The notes under the pieces were generated by a model. That model searched no databases. It was not told the origin of the DNA and worked only from the letters and a program-made list of their open reading frames with translations. This document shows, in pieces, positions 63,374-64,000 of a DNA stretch of 64,000 nt. The translations under genes and the position numbers were made by a program. The stretch covers positions 29,890,932 to 29,954,931 of the forward strand of contig OZ316892.1 of NCBI GenBank assembly GCA_973895155.1. The letters run 5' to 3'. This stretch comes from Marsupella aquatica (lineage: Eukaryota; Plantae; Marchantiophyta). Position 1 is the stretch's first letter. The number at the start of each line of letters is the position of its first letter.

Positions 63374-64000
63374 TCTGGGGTCCTGCAGTGTATCTGTGAT
63401 CTGCTCAGACATAACCGCCTTGTTAAAATTGAATTCACAGCTGTTGTGAGTCCTGAATGTTCTCAAACATCACTAGTATCAGAATGAATTCTTCTTCAAA
63501 AACACATAGACAAATGCTTGGCTCCTTGCATTGTACTGACATAACTATCTCCGCAACTATCTTTGCTTTCAGGAATTGTAAGTTTGGAGATAATTGTATA
63601 TTATTTTATAATCTATTTGAATTTATGTCATTTTGTTCACATATTATCAATGGTCCTTGTGCTTATTTGTGCTGAAATGCTTTTATAAGTATGATCTCTA
63701 TCCTACATTTCTTTGTGAATTAATAAATAATATAATACATATTATTTAGTAATATAATATTAATATGATTTGGCCTATAAAGTGTACATTTAGGGACCAA
63801 AAAGTATACATTTGGGTGTTTTGAAGTATACATTTGGGGCCTTGAAAGTGTACATTTTGAGACTGATTTATGAAAAATACTTTTAATAAATAGGTTGATA
63901 CTCCCTAATATAGTGTAGAGCATGTTTCATCCTGGAACATGCTTGATGTTTTGTCTTGTAGTGATATGTAAGTGAATCAAATAAGAGAGTAGAACTAGAA

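Overview
Eukaryotic, intron-rich land-plant DNA. The gene complement, short GT-AG introns and long spliced 5' UTRs suggest a non-seed plant such as a liverwort; this is inference only. I can support about nine protein-coding loci: an aldo-keto reductase (-), an intronless orphan ORF with internal helical repeats (+), a divergent F-group zinc-sensing bZIP (-), a 13-exon DUF185/MidA (NDUFAF7-like) SAM methyltransferase (+) preceded by a partial pseudogenic copy of itself, RPL12 (-) head-to-head with a 19-exon GUP1-like MBOAT (+), an intronless F-box/kelch-like gene (+), an intronless microbial-type 2OG-Fe(II) oxygenase broken by one in-frame TAA (-), and a TRFL-type telobox Myb (-). Between the genes lie a 5'-truncated LINE, tRNA-derived SINEs (one with TSD and poly-A), a decayed Copia element with both LTRs, PBS, PPT, a 5-bp TSD and a nested 1.75-kb insert, and many minisatellites. 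There is no CRISPR array or rRNA, and no intact tRNA gene is apparent. The best novelty leads are the HGT-candidate 2OG oxygenase and the convergent orphan-repeat ORF / extended F-bZIP pair. All exon calls were made by eye and no database searches were run.
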